Of a stretch of DNA of 24,350 nt, positions 6,835-14,895 are shown in pieces. Source of the stretch: a virus (lineage: Duplodnaviria > Caudoviricetes); the IMG/VR virus record IMGVR_UViG_3300037705_000041, positions 1-24,350 of that record. One strand, given 5' to 3'. The notes below the pieces were generated by a model. That model saw only the letters and a list, made by a program, of their open reading frames with translations. It did no database searches and was not told the origin of the DNA. Numbering within the stretch: position 1 is the stretch's first letter; each line of letters starts with the position of its first letter. The translations under genes were made by a program, and so were the position numbers.

Positions 6835-7389
6835 ATGACCAACGCAATCTCAGGCAACAAGCGCGCGATGGAGGACATTCTCGGCCTCCCACCCAAGGCG
6901 CTTAAGAGCCCCCCGGGGTTCGCCAAAGACGGAAAGGGCCGCCGGGGCCGCATTCCCCTCCCTTCCGAGGAAGAACTGAAAACGAAATCGTTCGCCGAGC
7001 TGATGGCGATGATGTCCACGAAGAAGGCCGCCTTCGTGAGCGCCATCCTGCGCGGCGCGACCGGTCCCGACGCGGTTGTCGAGGCGGGTTGGCGCGCTTC
7101 CAACAAGGCATCCGGCCACTCCCGTGCCGGGCATCTCATGCAGAAAGACCCGCTGGTGCGCGCGGCCATCGCCGTGGCGCGCAAAGAGATCGCCTTGGAG
7201 GTCAAGTACGACGTGGCTTCGTCATTCCAGGATTTCAAGGAAGCGGCCGAGTTCGCCATGAAAACCGAAAACGCCACGGCGCTCGTCCGGGCCCGCGAGA
7301 TGCAGAGCAAGCTCTTCGGGTTGCTGGTTGATCGGCAGGACACGCGGATGCTCTCGGCGCTTTCCATCAACATATCGGGGCTCGATTAA
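6835..7389 (+). CDS. terS: Terminase small subunit
   Basis: KKAAFVSAILRGATGPDAVVEAGW...AGHLMQKDPLVRAAI (terS HTH-like), ALVRAREMQSKLFGLLVDR. Lies upstream of terL. Confidence 0.85.
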   Translation: MTNAISGNKRAMEDILGLPPKALKSPPGFAKDGKGRRGRIPLPSEEELKTKSFAELMAMMSTKKAAFVSAILRGATGPDAVVEAGWRASNKASGHSRAGHLMQKDPLVRAAIAVARKEIALEVKYDVASSFQDFKEAAEFAMKTENATALVRAREMQSKLFGLLVDRQDTRMLSALSINISGLD

Positions 7390-7457
7390 TGGACGCGGTG
7401 ATCGGTTTTGCCGTTGGGGTGGTTATCACATCGATTTGGTTCTGGCTGAATGGCTGA
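7389..7457 (+). CDS. Putative 22-aa hydrophobic micropeptide between terS and terL
   Basis: MDAVIGFAVGVVITSIWFWLNG*. TAATG overlap with terS stop, 8-nt overlap with terL start. Confidence 0.5.
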   Translation: MDAVIGFAVGVVITSIWFWLNG

Positions 7458-8934
7458 CCCCAAAGCGATTTCCTACGCCCCGGCCGGCCCGGTGGCGAAA
7501 GCCTTCCACAAGTCCGAGGCGTTTATCCGCGGCATCAAGGGGCCGATCGGCAGCGGTAAGTCAACCGCCTGCGTCATCGAACTGCTACGCCGCGCGCAAA
7601 TGCAAGCGCCTGACAGCGACGGCGTGCGCCGTACCCGCTTCGCCATCATCCGCAACACCATGCCCGACCTGAAGAACACCACGATCCCGACGTGGGTGCA
7701 GTGGTTGCCGGCGGAATACGGGAAGTTTACGTGGAGCGTGCCGCTCAAGCACCACATCAAGACGAAAGACCTAGACATGGAATTCGTGTTTCTCGGGCTC
7801 GACAACGACGAGGACGTGCGCAAGGTCATGTCGTTGGAGGTGACGGGTGTCTGGATCAACGAAGCGCGCTTCATCCCGAAGGCGATCCTGGACGCGCTGA
7901 CCGGCCGCGTCGGGCGCTACCCGAAAAAAGAGGGCGGCAAGGGCGGCGCTACTTGGGCCGGCATCATCATGGACACCAACCCACCGGACACTGAATCGTG
8001 GTGGTTCAAGTGGGCCACGCACAGCGACGTGAAGATGGAGGCCGAGGTCGCGAAACTGACGAACGAACTCATCGCCCTGGGTGCGCTGAAGGAAGGACAG
8101 CCGCTGATCGAGTTCTTCGATCAACCGTCGGGCGTATCCCCGGAAGCCGAGAACCTGCCGAACCTGCGCACGGGCTACTACCAGTTTTCCTCCGTCGGTA
8201 AAGATGAGGATTACCTGAAGGTTTTCATCCGCGGCGAGTACGGTTTCGTGGCCGAGGGGCGTCCCGTTTACCCGATGTTCCGGCACCACCTGCACGTATC
8301 GAGCGAGAAGATCGAGCCGGTTGCCGGGTTGCCGCTGCTGGTCGGCGCCGACCTCGGGCTGACGCCGGCCGCCGTGATCGGGCAGCGCCTGGCGGATGGG
8401 CGCTGGTTGTTGCTGGACGAACTGGTGACGGACGACTGCGGCACCATCCGCTTCGCCGACCTGCTGGCCGCCCACATCGCGCGCAACTACCCGGGCTTCG
8501 ATGTGTCGGCCGGCTGGGTGGACCCCGCGGCCCTCGTGCGCTCGCAGAACGACGAGAAAACCCCGCTCGACATCCTGAAGCAGCACACGAAGTGGAAGTG
8601 GTACCCGGCGCCTTCGAACGACTTCGACATCCGCCGCGAGGTGGTGGTCAACACCCTGAACCGGTTGGTGGACGGTAACGCCGGGGTCCTGCTGTCCTCG
8701 ACCTGCCCGACGCTCATCAAGGGGTGTGTGAGTGGGTACCACTTCAAGTTCGTGCGGTCCTCGAACGGGGCGCAGATTCACGAGACGCCGGTCAAGAACA
8801 AATACAGCCACGTTTGCGAGGCGAAACAGTACCTGCTCCTGGGCGGTGGCGAGCATGACGTGGTGTTCAACAAGAAAAAGGCCAAGGAACGCGCGTCTAG
8901 GATTGCGCAAGGCACCGGTTCTGAGGCATACTGA
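7450..8934 (+). CDS. terL: Terminase large subunit
   Basis: Walker A GPIGSGKS, RFAIIRNT, Walker B-like VWINEA, coupling motif MDTNPP, nuclease domain VGADLGLTPAAV...KNKYSHVCEA. Confidence 0.96.
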   Translation: MADPKAISYAPAGPVAKAFHKSEAFIRGIKGPIGSGKSTACVIELLRRAQMQAPDSDGVRRTRFAIIRNTMPDLKNTTIPTWVQWLPAEYGKFTWSVPLKHHIKTKDLDMEFVFLGLDNDEDVRKVMSLEVTGVWINEARFIPKAILDALTGRVGRYPKKEGGKGGATWAGIIMDTNPPDTESWWFKWATHSDVKMEAEVAKLTNELIALGALKEGQPLIEFFDQPSGVSPEAENLPNLRTGYYQFSSVGKDEDYLKVFIRGEYGFVAEGRPVYPMFRHHLHVSSEKIEPVAGLPLLVGADLGLTPAAVIGQRLADGRWLLLDELVTDDCGTIRFADLLAAHIARNYPGFDVSAGWVDPAALVRSQNDEKTPLDILKQHTKWKWYPAPSNDFDIRREVVVNTLNRLVDGNAGVLLSSTCPTLIKGCVSGYHFKFVRSSNGAQIHETPVKNKYSHVCEAKQYLLLGGGEHDVVFNKKKAKERASRIAQGTGSEAY

Positions 8935-8961
8935 TAATCGCAACGTGTGGGTAAAAGCTCA

Positions 8962-9429
8962 ATGCGGCCAGTGACGTTTCAGCGCGAACGCGCGCACGAC
9001 CTGTGGGCCGAGATCGAACCGCTGTTGGAGGCACATTACCGTGAAATAGCCACGTTTCAGGACATCCCGCTGGTGCCGGACAAGGCCCGATACAACGGGG
9101 CTGAGGACGGCGGGACGCTGCGCTGTTTTACCGCTCGCAGGGCGGGAAAATTGATCGGATACGCCGTCTTTTTCGTGAGTTGGCACGCGCACTACGCCAC
9201 CTCGAAGCAGGCGCTGCAGGACGTGGTTTTCGTGTCGGCGGAATATCGCCGCGGGCTGTTAGGGTTGGGGCTGTTGCAGTATGCAGAAAATGCGTTGGCG
9301 GACGAGGGGGTTGACGTCGCGCACCACCACGTCAAGGTCAAGCACCCGGCGCTGGGTAAATTGCTGGAACACATGGGATACGCAGTGACCGAGCACGTAT
9401 ACACGAAGCGGCTGAAGGTGAATCCATGA
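8962..9429 (+). CDS. GNAT-fold acetyltransferase-like protein
   Basis: GKLIGYAVFFV and QDVVFVSAEYRRGLLGLGLLQYAE (GNAT motif A), LLEHMGY (motif B). Start 8962 (ATG) or 8947 (GTG). Confidence 0.8.
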   Translation: MRPVTFQRERAHDLWAEIEPLLEAHYREIATFQDIPLVPDKARYNGAEDGGTLRCFTARRAGKLIGYAVFFVSWHAHYATSKQALQDVVFVSAEYRRGLLGLGLLQYAENALADEGVDVAHHHVKVKHPALGKLLEHMGYAVTEHVYTKRLKVNP

Positions 9430-9674
9430 GCGGGACTACGGCGCTTCTCTTTGCTGACAAGGCAGTGGACGCGGTGGTGCCGGAGATGCCGCAAGCGGCG
9501 CCGATTCCGACGGCGCCCGAACTCGACGCCGGTGCCGCGGCTGAACGCGATGAAGCGGCCCGCCGCGAGCGCGAACGTCGGTTGATGGGCGGGCGTGCGT
9601 CCACCATGCTGACCGGCGGCCTGGGCGACACGTCGAAGCCGCAGTTGGCGAGCGCGGTTTTGCTGGGGCAATAA
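9426..9674 (+). CDS. Small virion-associated protein preceding portal
   Basis: Pro-rich N-terminus, charged helix, GRASTMLTGGLG...LLG C-terminus characteristic of the pre-portal gene of podoviruses. Confidence 0.75.
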   Translation: MSGTTALLFADKAVDAVVPEMPQAAPIPTAPELDAGAAAERDEAARRERERRLMGGRASTMLTGGLGDTSKPQLASAVLLGQ

Positions 9675-9677
9675 CGC

Positions 9678-11294
9678 ATGACCGAGCAAGACATCGTTGA
9701 TGAGGTTTGCCGGGAATACGACACGGCGGCCGGCGACCGCGGCACCTGGGAGTCGCACTGGCAGGAGGTGGCCGAGCTGATTTTGCCGGCGTATTCCGGC
9801 ATGTTCTATTCGCACGGCCAGTATCAGACACCGGGCGAGAAGCGCACCAGCAGGCAGTATGATTCCAACGGCGCGATCGCGCTCTCGCGCTACGCCGCCG
9901 TCGTCGACTCGCTTTCCACGCCGCGCAATCAGCGGTGGCACGGGTTGGCGGCCGGCAGTCCGGAGCTGATGAAGAACCGCGAAGTCAAGCTCTGGATGGA
10001 AGAGATGACGTCGCGGCTGTTCAAGTACCGCTACGCCCCCAAGGCGAATTTCGCGGGGCAGAACCAGCAGGTGTTCACGTCCAAGGGCGCGTTCGGGTCG
10101 GGCGTGCTGTTCACGGACGAACTCGGCAACGAGCCCGGCGTGCGGTACCGCGCCATCCACCTCGGCGAGATATACCTGTTTGAAAACCACCAAGGCGTGA
10201 TCGACAAGGCTATCCGGCGCTTTCCGCTGGACGCGCGCCAGGCGAAGCAGATGTTCGACGAGGACAAGCTGCCAGACAAAATCAAAACGGCGCTGGGCAA
10301 GAATTCGCAGGAGAAATTCTGGTTCCTGCACTGCGTTAAGCCCCGCACCGACCGCGATCCGGAGCGCCGGGACTATCGGGGCATGACGTTCGTGTCGTAC
10401 TACGTGGCCCAGGACGGCAAGAAGCTGCTGCGTGAAGGCGGGTACCGGACCTTCCCGTTCTCCGTGGCGCGGCACATGCAGGCGCCGGGCGAAGTGTATG
10501 GTCGCGGCCCGGGCATGGAAGTGCTGCCGGCGCTCAAGACCCTGAACGAAGAAAAGAAAACCATGCTGAAGCAGGGGCAGCGCATCGTAGACCCGGTGCT
10601 GCTGGCGCACGATGACGGCATCGTGGACACCTTCAGCCTGAAGTCCGGCGCGATCAACCCGGGCGGCGTGAACGCCGACGGACGCCCGCTGGTGCACGTG
10701 CTGCCGACCGGGAACCTCGCGGCCGGCGACAAGATGATGGAAATGGAAATTCGGGTTATCAACGACGCTTTCTACGTGACCCTGTTCCAGATTCTCACCG
10801 AGACGCCGGAAATGACGGCGACGGAAGTGATGGAACGCATACGTGAAAAGGGCATTCTGCTGGCGCCGACGATGGGCCGGTTGCAGTCGGAATACCTGGG
10901 GCCGACGATCGAGCGCGAAATCGACGTGCTGGCGCGGCAGGGTTTGGTGCCGCCGATGCCGGGGGCACTGCTCGAGGCCGGCGGCGAATACGCCGTCACG
11001 TACAACTCGCCGCTGTCGCGCACGGCGCGCGCCGAGGAAGCGGCCGGGTTGATGCGCACGATTGAAATGGCGCTGAATGTGGCCGAGCGCACACAGAATC
11101 CGGAGCCGTTGGATCACTTCGACTGGGACGTGATCGTGCCCGAGATCGGCGATATCCAGGCCGTGCCGGGGCGCTGGATGCGCGGCAAGGATCAAATAAA
11201 GATTATCCGCCAGGCGCGGGCCAAGCAGCAGCAGACCGCGACGGCGATCGAAGCAGCGCCCGCGGTGGCGGGAATGATGAAACAGGTGGCATGA
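9678..11294 (+). CDS. Portal protein (head-tail connector, T7 gp8/Bbp21-like)
   Basis: 538 aa. WESHWQEVAELILP, GAFGSG, GEVYGRGPGM, MTATEVMER, LAPTMGRLQSEYLGP, YNSPLSR. Confidence 0.95.
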   Translation: MTEQDIVDEVCREYDTAAGDRGTWESHWQEVAELILPAYSGMFYSHGQYQTPGEKRTSRQYDSNGAIALSRYAAVVDSLSTPRNQRWHGLAAGSPELMKNREVKLWMEEMTSRLFKYRYAPKANFAGQNQQVFTSKGAFGSGVLFTDELGNEPGVRYRAIHLGEIYLFENHQGVIDKAIRRFPLDARQAKQMFDEDKLPDKIKTALGKNSQEKFWFLHCVKPRTDRDPERRDYRGMTFVSYYVAQDGKKLLREGGYRTFPFSVARHMQAPGEVYGRGPGMEVLPALKTLNEEKKTMLKQGQRIVDPVLLAHDDGIVDTFSLKSGAINPGGVNADGRPLVHVLPTGNLAAGDKMMEMEIRVINDAFYVTLFQILTETPEMTATEVMERIREKGILLAPTMGRLQSEYLGPTIEREIDVLARQGLVPPMPGALLEAGGEYAVTYNSPLSRTARAEEAAGLMRTIEMALNVAERTQNPEPLDHFDWDVIVPEIGDIQAVPGRWMRGKDQIKIIRQARAKQQQTATAIEAAPAVAGMMKQVA

Positions 11295-11295
11295 C

Positions 11296-11523
11296 ATGGC
11301 AAAAGCATCCGATATTCTGACGAAGGAAGAGAAGGGCGGCCCGCGGGCGTCCGACGAGATCATGGAAGCCGGCAGCGCCGCGCTGACCAAGAAGCTGCGC
11401 ATCGAATACGGCAAATACAACGCGGATGCTCAAACTTCCGGCGAGGATCCGCAGCCGTGGGAAGAGTGGCTGAGGCCAAGCTACGCGCTGGATAAACGCG
11501 GCCTGGCTTATCCGATCAAGTGA
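11296..11523 (+). CDS. Hypothetical protein in head module
   Basis: 75-aa ORF starting 1 nt after the portal stop, TGATG overlap with next gene. Confidence 0.7.
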   Translation: MAKASDILTKEEKGGPRASDEIMEAGSAALTKKLRIEYGKYNADAQTSGEDPQPWEEWLRPSYALDKRGLAYPIK

Positions 11524-11777
11524 TGAGCGACGTTATCGAACGCGCCAAGCGGTTTTTGATGGGCCGGCAAACGGCTTATCGCGTTGTGTTCGACGGTCCG
11601 AAGGCGGAAGAAGTGCTCGTGGACCTGGCGAAATTCTGCCGCGCCGACCAGACCACCTTCCATCCGGACCCTCGGATCGAAGGCCGCCTGGACGGCCGGC
11701 GCGAAGTCTGGCTCAGGATTCAGCACCACCTTCAGTTGACGCCGGACGAATTGTGGAAACTCTATCAATCCAAGTGA
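11523..11777 (+). CDS. Bbp19-like phage protein
   Basis: AYRVVFDGPKAEEVLVDLAKFCRADQTTFHPDP...GRREVWLRI, between portal and scaffold. Confidence 0.8.
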   Translation: MSDVIERAKRFLMGRQTAYRVVFDGPKAEEVLVDLAKFCRADQTTFHPDPRIEGRLDGRREVWLRIQHHLQLTPDELWKLYQSK

Positions 11778-11788
11778 GGCATTGAAAT

Positions 11789-12640
11789 ATGACTGACACC
11801 GCTGCTCCTGCCGCACCCGCTGCCGAGCCCGCCGCTGCGCCTGCTGCCGCGCCTGCCGCTGCTCCGGCCGCTCCTGCGGCGCCGGAAACCTGGTATTCGA
11901 AAGCCGCCGACGACGTGCGCGGCTACGTTGAGATGAAAGGCTGGAAAGACCCGTTCGAGGTCGTGACCGGGTACAAGAACCTTGAGAAGCTGGTGGGCCT
12001 GCCGGCTGACCAGATTCTGCGGATGCCGAAGGCCGATGACGCCGACGGGATGATGAAGGTGTTCGACAAGCTCGGCCGCCCGGCGAAGGCCGACGACTAC
12101 GAGCTGAAGGCACCCGAAGGCGCGGCGGAGAATTTCGTCAAGAACGCCTCCGCCTGGTTTCATGAGATCGGTCTGACCAAGAATCAGGCGTCGAAGCTGG
12201 TCGAGAAGCTGGGCGCCGACGTGGCACAGACACGCCAGGCGGCGGCGGAAGCCGAGGCGCTGCAGGTCAAGGAAGGTGCCGAGAAGATCAGCAAGGAATG
12301 GGGCGTTGCTCTCGAGAAGAACAAAGCCATCGTGGACGGCGTGGCCCGCGAGTTCGGCATGTCGGCTGAACAGGTGCTGGGTCTGCGCAAGGCGCTTGGC
12401 GTTGACGGCGCCATGAACTTTCTTTACAGCATCGGGAAGAAGCTGGGCGAGGACACCTTCGTGGCCGTCAACGGCGGGCCGAAGGGGTTCAACCAGGCGA
12501 TGACCCCGGGCGAAGCCAAGGCGCGCATCGAGTCGTTGCGGAACGACCCGGAGTTTGCGGGCAAGTACGCGAACGGCGGGGCCAAGGAGAAGGACGAAAT
12601 GGACCGGCTGCACCGGTTCGCCTACCCCGAGGCGGCGTAG
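11789..12640 (+). CDS. Capsid assembly scaffolding protein
   Basis: Ala/Pro N-terminus, YKNLEKLVG, KLGRPAKADDY, GLTKNQA, EWG, IGKKLGED. Directly before the capsid gene. Confidence 0.85.
   Translation: MTDTAAPAAPAAEPAAAPAAAPAAAPAAPAAPETWYSKAADDVRGYVEMKGWKDPFEVVTGYKNLEKLVGLPADQILRMPKADDADGMMKVFDKLGRPAKADDYELKAPEGAAENFVKNASAWFHEIGLTKNQASKLVEKLGADVAQTRQAAAEAEALQVKEGAEKISKEWGVALEKNKAIVDGVAREFGMSAEQVLGLRKALGVDGAMNFLYSIGKKLGEDTFVAVNGGPKGFNQAMTPGEAKARIESLRNDPEFAGKYANGGAKEKDEMDRLHRFAYPEAA
11798..11884 (+). repeat. Degenerate 9-12-nt coding repeat encoding (PAA/PAAA)n
   Basis: TAAPAAPAAEPAAAPAAAPAAAPAAPAAP at the scaffold N-terminus. Confidence 0.85.
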
Positions 12641-12654
12641 TTTTACGCCAGGTG

Positions 12655-12683
12655 TTGACAATACGACAACGTGTTGTAATAAT
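12655..12683 (+). promoter_or_regulatory. sigma70-like promoter for capsid operon with palindromic spacer
   Basis: TTGACA-N17-AATAAT. The spacer contains ACAAC-gt-GTTGT (12666-12677). Confidence 0.75.
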
Positions 12684-12689
12684 ACCACC

Positions 12690-12856
12690 ATAAGCCGACA
12701 AGCCCGAAAGGGTCCGGCTGGCAGCTTGGAATAGACAGCCCCCGGCGGGGGAACACGCATGAAGCCAGGTCTGATCGTACTCACGCAAAGTAGCGCGCGG
12801 GGAAAGGGGAACCTCTTCGAGAACCAGAAATTTAACGGTTTTTAAGAGGTTGACCC
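12690..12856 (+). promoter_or_regulatory. Structured 5' leader of major capsid mRNA (candidate cis-regulatory RNA)
   Basis: GCCC-GAAA-GGGT tetraloop hairpin within an AGCCG/CGGCT stem. AACCTCTT (12810-12817) is complementary to the SD AAGAGGTT (12844-12851). Confidence 0.55.
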
Positions 12857-13750
12857 ATGTCGATCAATCTACCTACCCATTACGTGCAGCAGTACAGCAC
12901 GAACATCCAGTTGCTGCTTCAGACTGCCGGCGGCAAGTTTCGCCGGGCGGTAACGACTGGCTCCCACGTTGGCAAGGCCGCTTCCCCCGTTGACCAGGTT
13001 GGCGCGGTGGAAATGCAGCAAGTGACGACCCGCTTCGGCGACATGCCGCGAGTGGACGCGCCGACTGATCGCCGCTGGGTTTACCCGAGCGACTACGATT
13101 TGCCGCAACTGATCGACTCGTTCGACAAGCTGCGTCTCATCACCGACCCGAAGAGCGTCTACGCGCTGAACGCGGTCAAGGCTGCCGACCGGCAGTTTGA
13201 CAAAAGCATCATCAACGCCTTCACCGGCACCGCCAAGACCGGCGAAACCGGTTCCACCTCGACCAGCTTTACGGCTGGGAACGAAGTGGACGTGGCGACC
13301 GGCGGCGCCAACTCCAAGCTCAACGTCGCCAAGCTCAAGGCCGTGCGGGAGCTGATGGAAGCCAACGACGTTGACTTCGAGATGGAGGAAGTCTGGTGCG
13401 GGCTCACCGCGGCGGACCACGCCTCGCTGCTCAACGAAATCCAGGTCATTTCGTCCGACTTCAATGCCGGTTCCCCGGTGCTGCAGAAAGGCAAGATCAC
13501 CGAGTTCCTGGGCTTCAAGTTCATGCAAAGCGAACTGATCGAGAGCGAACTGGCTGGCACCAACGAGGTGACGCTGCCGGTGTGGTGCAAGAGCGGCATG
13601 TATCTTGGCGTTTGGAACGAGATGCAGCACACCATTTCGCAGCGCACCGATCTGCGCAGCATCCCCTGGCAGATTTACACGATCCTGACCGCTGGCGCGA
13701 CCCGTCTCGAAGAGAACAAGGTTTACGCCATCGAATCGTATCGCGCGTAA
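12857..13750 (+). CDS. Major capsid protein
   Basis: 297 aa after scaffold. HYVQQYSTNIQLLLQ, LIDSFDKLRLITDP, EIQVISSDFN, FLGFKF, GATRLEENKV. AAGAGG RBS. Confidence 0.92.
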   Translation: MSINLPTHYVQQYSTNIQLLLQTAGGKFRRAVTTGSHVGKAASPVDQVGAVEMQQVTTRFGDMPRVDAPTDRRWVYPSDYDLPQLIDSFDKLRLITDPKSVYALNAVKAADRQFDKSIINAFTGTAKTGETGSTSTSFTAGNEVDVATGGANSKLNVAKLKAVRELMEANDVDFEMEEVWCGLTAADHASLLNEIQVISSDFNAGSPVLQKGKITEFLGFKFMQSELIESELAGTNEVTLPVWCKSGMYLGVWNEMQHTISQRTDLRSIPWQIYTILTAGATRLEENKVYAIESYRA

Positions 13751-13791
13751 TCGGCCCGGAACTGAACAAAACTTTTACGAGGTAAATCACA

Positions 13792-14292
13792 ATGGCTGAA
13801 GTTTTAAGCACTTGGATCACGAACGCCGAAGCGAGCCCGAAGGTGTTGACCAATTCCAGTAAATCGGTCGGCACTCTGTTGGAAGCCAGCTCGGTCGCCA
13901 CCACGGCAGCGGATCAAGCGGACAACGACATCGTTCGTATGGTTCGTGTTCCGTCAAACGCGCGCGTCTCGCAGGTACTTTTCTCCTGCGCGGACGCGAC
14001 AACCGGCGGCGCCATCGACATCGGCGTGTACGACACGAACGACAACGGCGGTGCGGTGGTCGATCGGGACTTGTTTGCGAGCGCCCTGGCCCTCACTGGC
14101 GGCCCGTTTCTCAATTCGGATCAGACCTTCGAGTCGGCCGAGTATACCTACGCGGAGAGCGGTTTGCCGCTTTGGGAAGTTCTCGGCCTGAGCGCCGATC
14201 CGCACAAGGAATACGACATCTGCTGCGTGGTCGAGACGGTGTTCAACGGGGGTCCGACGACTCTTGCACTCAAGGTGCGGTACGTCATCTAA
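13792..14292 (+). CDS. Putative capsid decoration/cement protein
   Basis: 166 aa beta-rich, RMVRVPSNARV, IDIGVY, VVDRDLFASAL. Immediately after the capsid gene, GAGG RBS. Confidence 0.7.
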   Translation: MAEVLSTWITNAEASPKVLTNSSKSVGTLLEASSVATTAADQADNDIVRMVRVPSNARVSQVLFSCADATTGGAIDIGVYDTNDNGGAVVDRDLFASALALTGGPFLNSDQTFESAEYTYAESGLPLWEVLGLSADPHKEYDICCVVETVFNGGPTTLALKVRYVI

Positions 14293-14299
14293 AACGGAC

Positions 14300-14323
14300 G
14301 GGGCGGTTCACGCCGCCCCTTCT
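14300..14323 (+). terminator. GC hairpin, weak intrinsic terminator or stabiliser
   Basis: GGGGCGG-ttcacg-CCGCCCC-TTCT with a short U tail. Confidence 0.5.
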
Positions 14324-14340
14324 GTCTGAGGAACTGAAAC

Positions 14341-14535
14341 ATGGCTGATCGTTTTTACAGTGTGATTCTCGGCGAGCAGTTGCCGCACCAGGTGACTGAG
14401 GGTTCGTCCACGTCCAGCGAGGCGATTGAGCTGCGCGTGGCGGACTCGATCTACACGACCAAGCTCAACGTGCTCATGGGTCTGAAAGCAATTGTGGCGT
14501 ACCTCGAAACCACCGAAACCAGCCCGATCGCGTAA
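14341..14535 (+). CDS. Small hypothetical virion-module protein
   Basis: 64 aa, GAGGAA RBS. Confidence 0.75.
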   Translation: MADRFYSVILGEQLPHQVTEGSSTSSEAIELRVADSIYTTKLNVLMGLKAIVAYLETTETSPIA

Positions 14536-14562
14536 AGGTCGAGCACAACACCGTTCATTCGG

Positions 14563-14604
14563 AAGTCCGGACAGACGCTTGCGGCTTCCGGACTTTTTAT
14601 TTTT
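14563..14604 (+). terminator. Intrinsic terminator between capsid genes and spike module
   Basis: AAGTCCGGA-N15-TCCGGACTT followed by TTTATTTTT. Confidence 0.65.
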
Positions 14605-14617
14605 AGGAGTATGAGAC

Positions 14618-14893
14618 ATGGCAGCGACACCCGGGCACAGCACTAAAGTCTACGCGATGGGGCGAAACCTGATTAAGCGCGTTCCCGCCGACGGCGCGTA
14701 CACGACGACGGAAACCGTGGGGATATGGGTGGCTACAGCGCCGACCTCGGACGACACCGCCATCACCCCGGTCGACGGTTCGGCCCTCACCAGCATGACG
14801 AAAGGGCTGTTCGCGGCCGGTCAGATATACCCCATCCACGCTTCGTCGGTCACGGTGGGTACGGGCGGCGTTTTCTATTTGCTGATTCCCTAG
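14618..14893 (+). CDS. Putative head spike base protein (RcGTA Rcc01079-like)
   Basis: 91 aa, AGGAG RBS. GIWVATAP...ITPVDGSALT...AAGQIYPIHASSV resembles the spike-base pattern (LYVG...xxDGsxV...AGxxxPIxxxxV) by eye, and it precedes a fibre gene. Confidence 0.55.
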   Translation: MAATPGHSTKVYAMGRNLIKRVPADGAYTTTETVGIWVATAPTSDDTAITPVDGSALTSMTKGLFAAGQIYPIHASSVTVGTGGVFYLLIP

Positions 14894-14895
14894 CT

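Noticed and set aside
9192-11420. 742-aa minus-strand ORF, and similar long antisense ORFs at 7771-8943, 11765-12784, 12869-13630 and 19757-21100
   Set aside because: Shadow frames opposite well-supported genes with strong GC3 bias. Arg/His/Leu-rich nonsense composition and no motifs.
13700-13792. T7 gp10B-style capsid frameshift or readthrough extension
   Set aside because: No slippery site near the stop, the stop is TAA, and the next gene has its own RBS.
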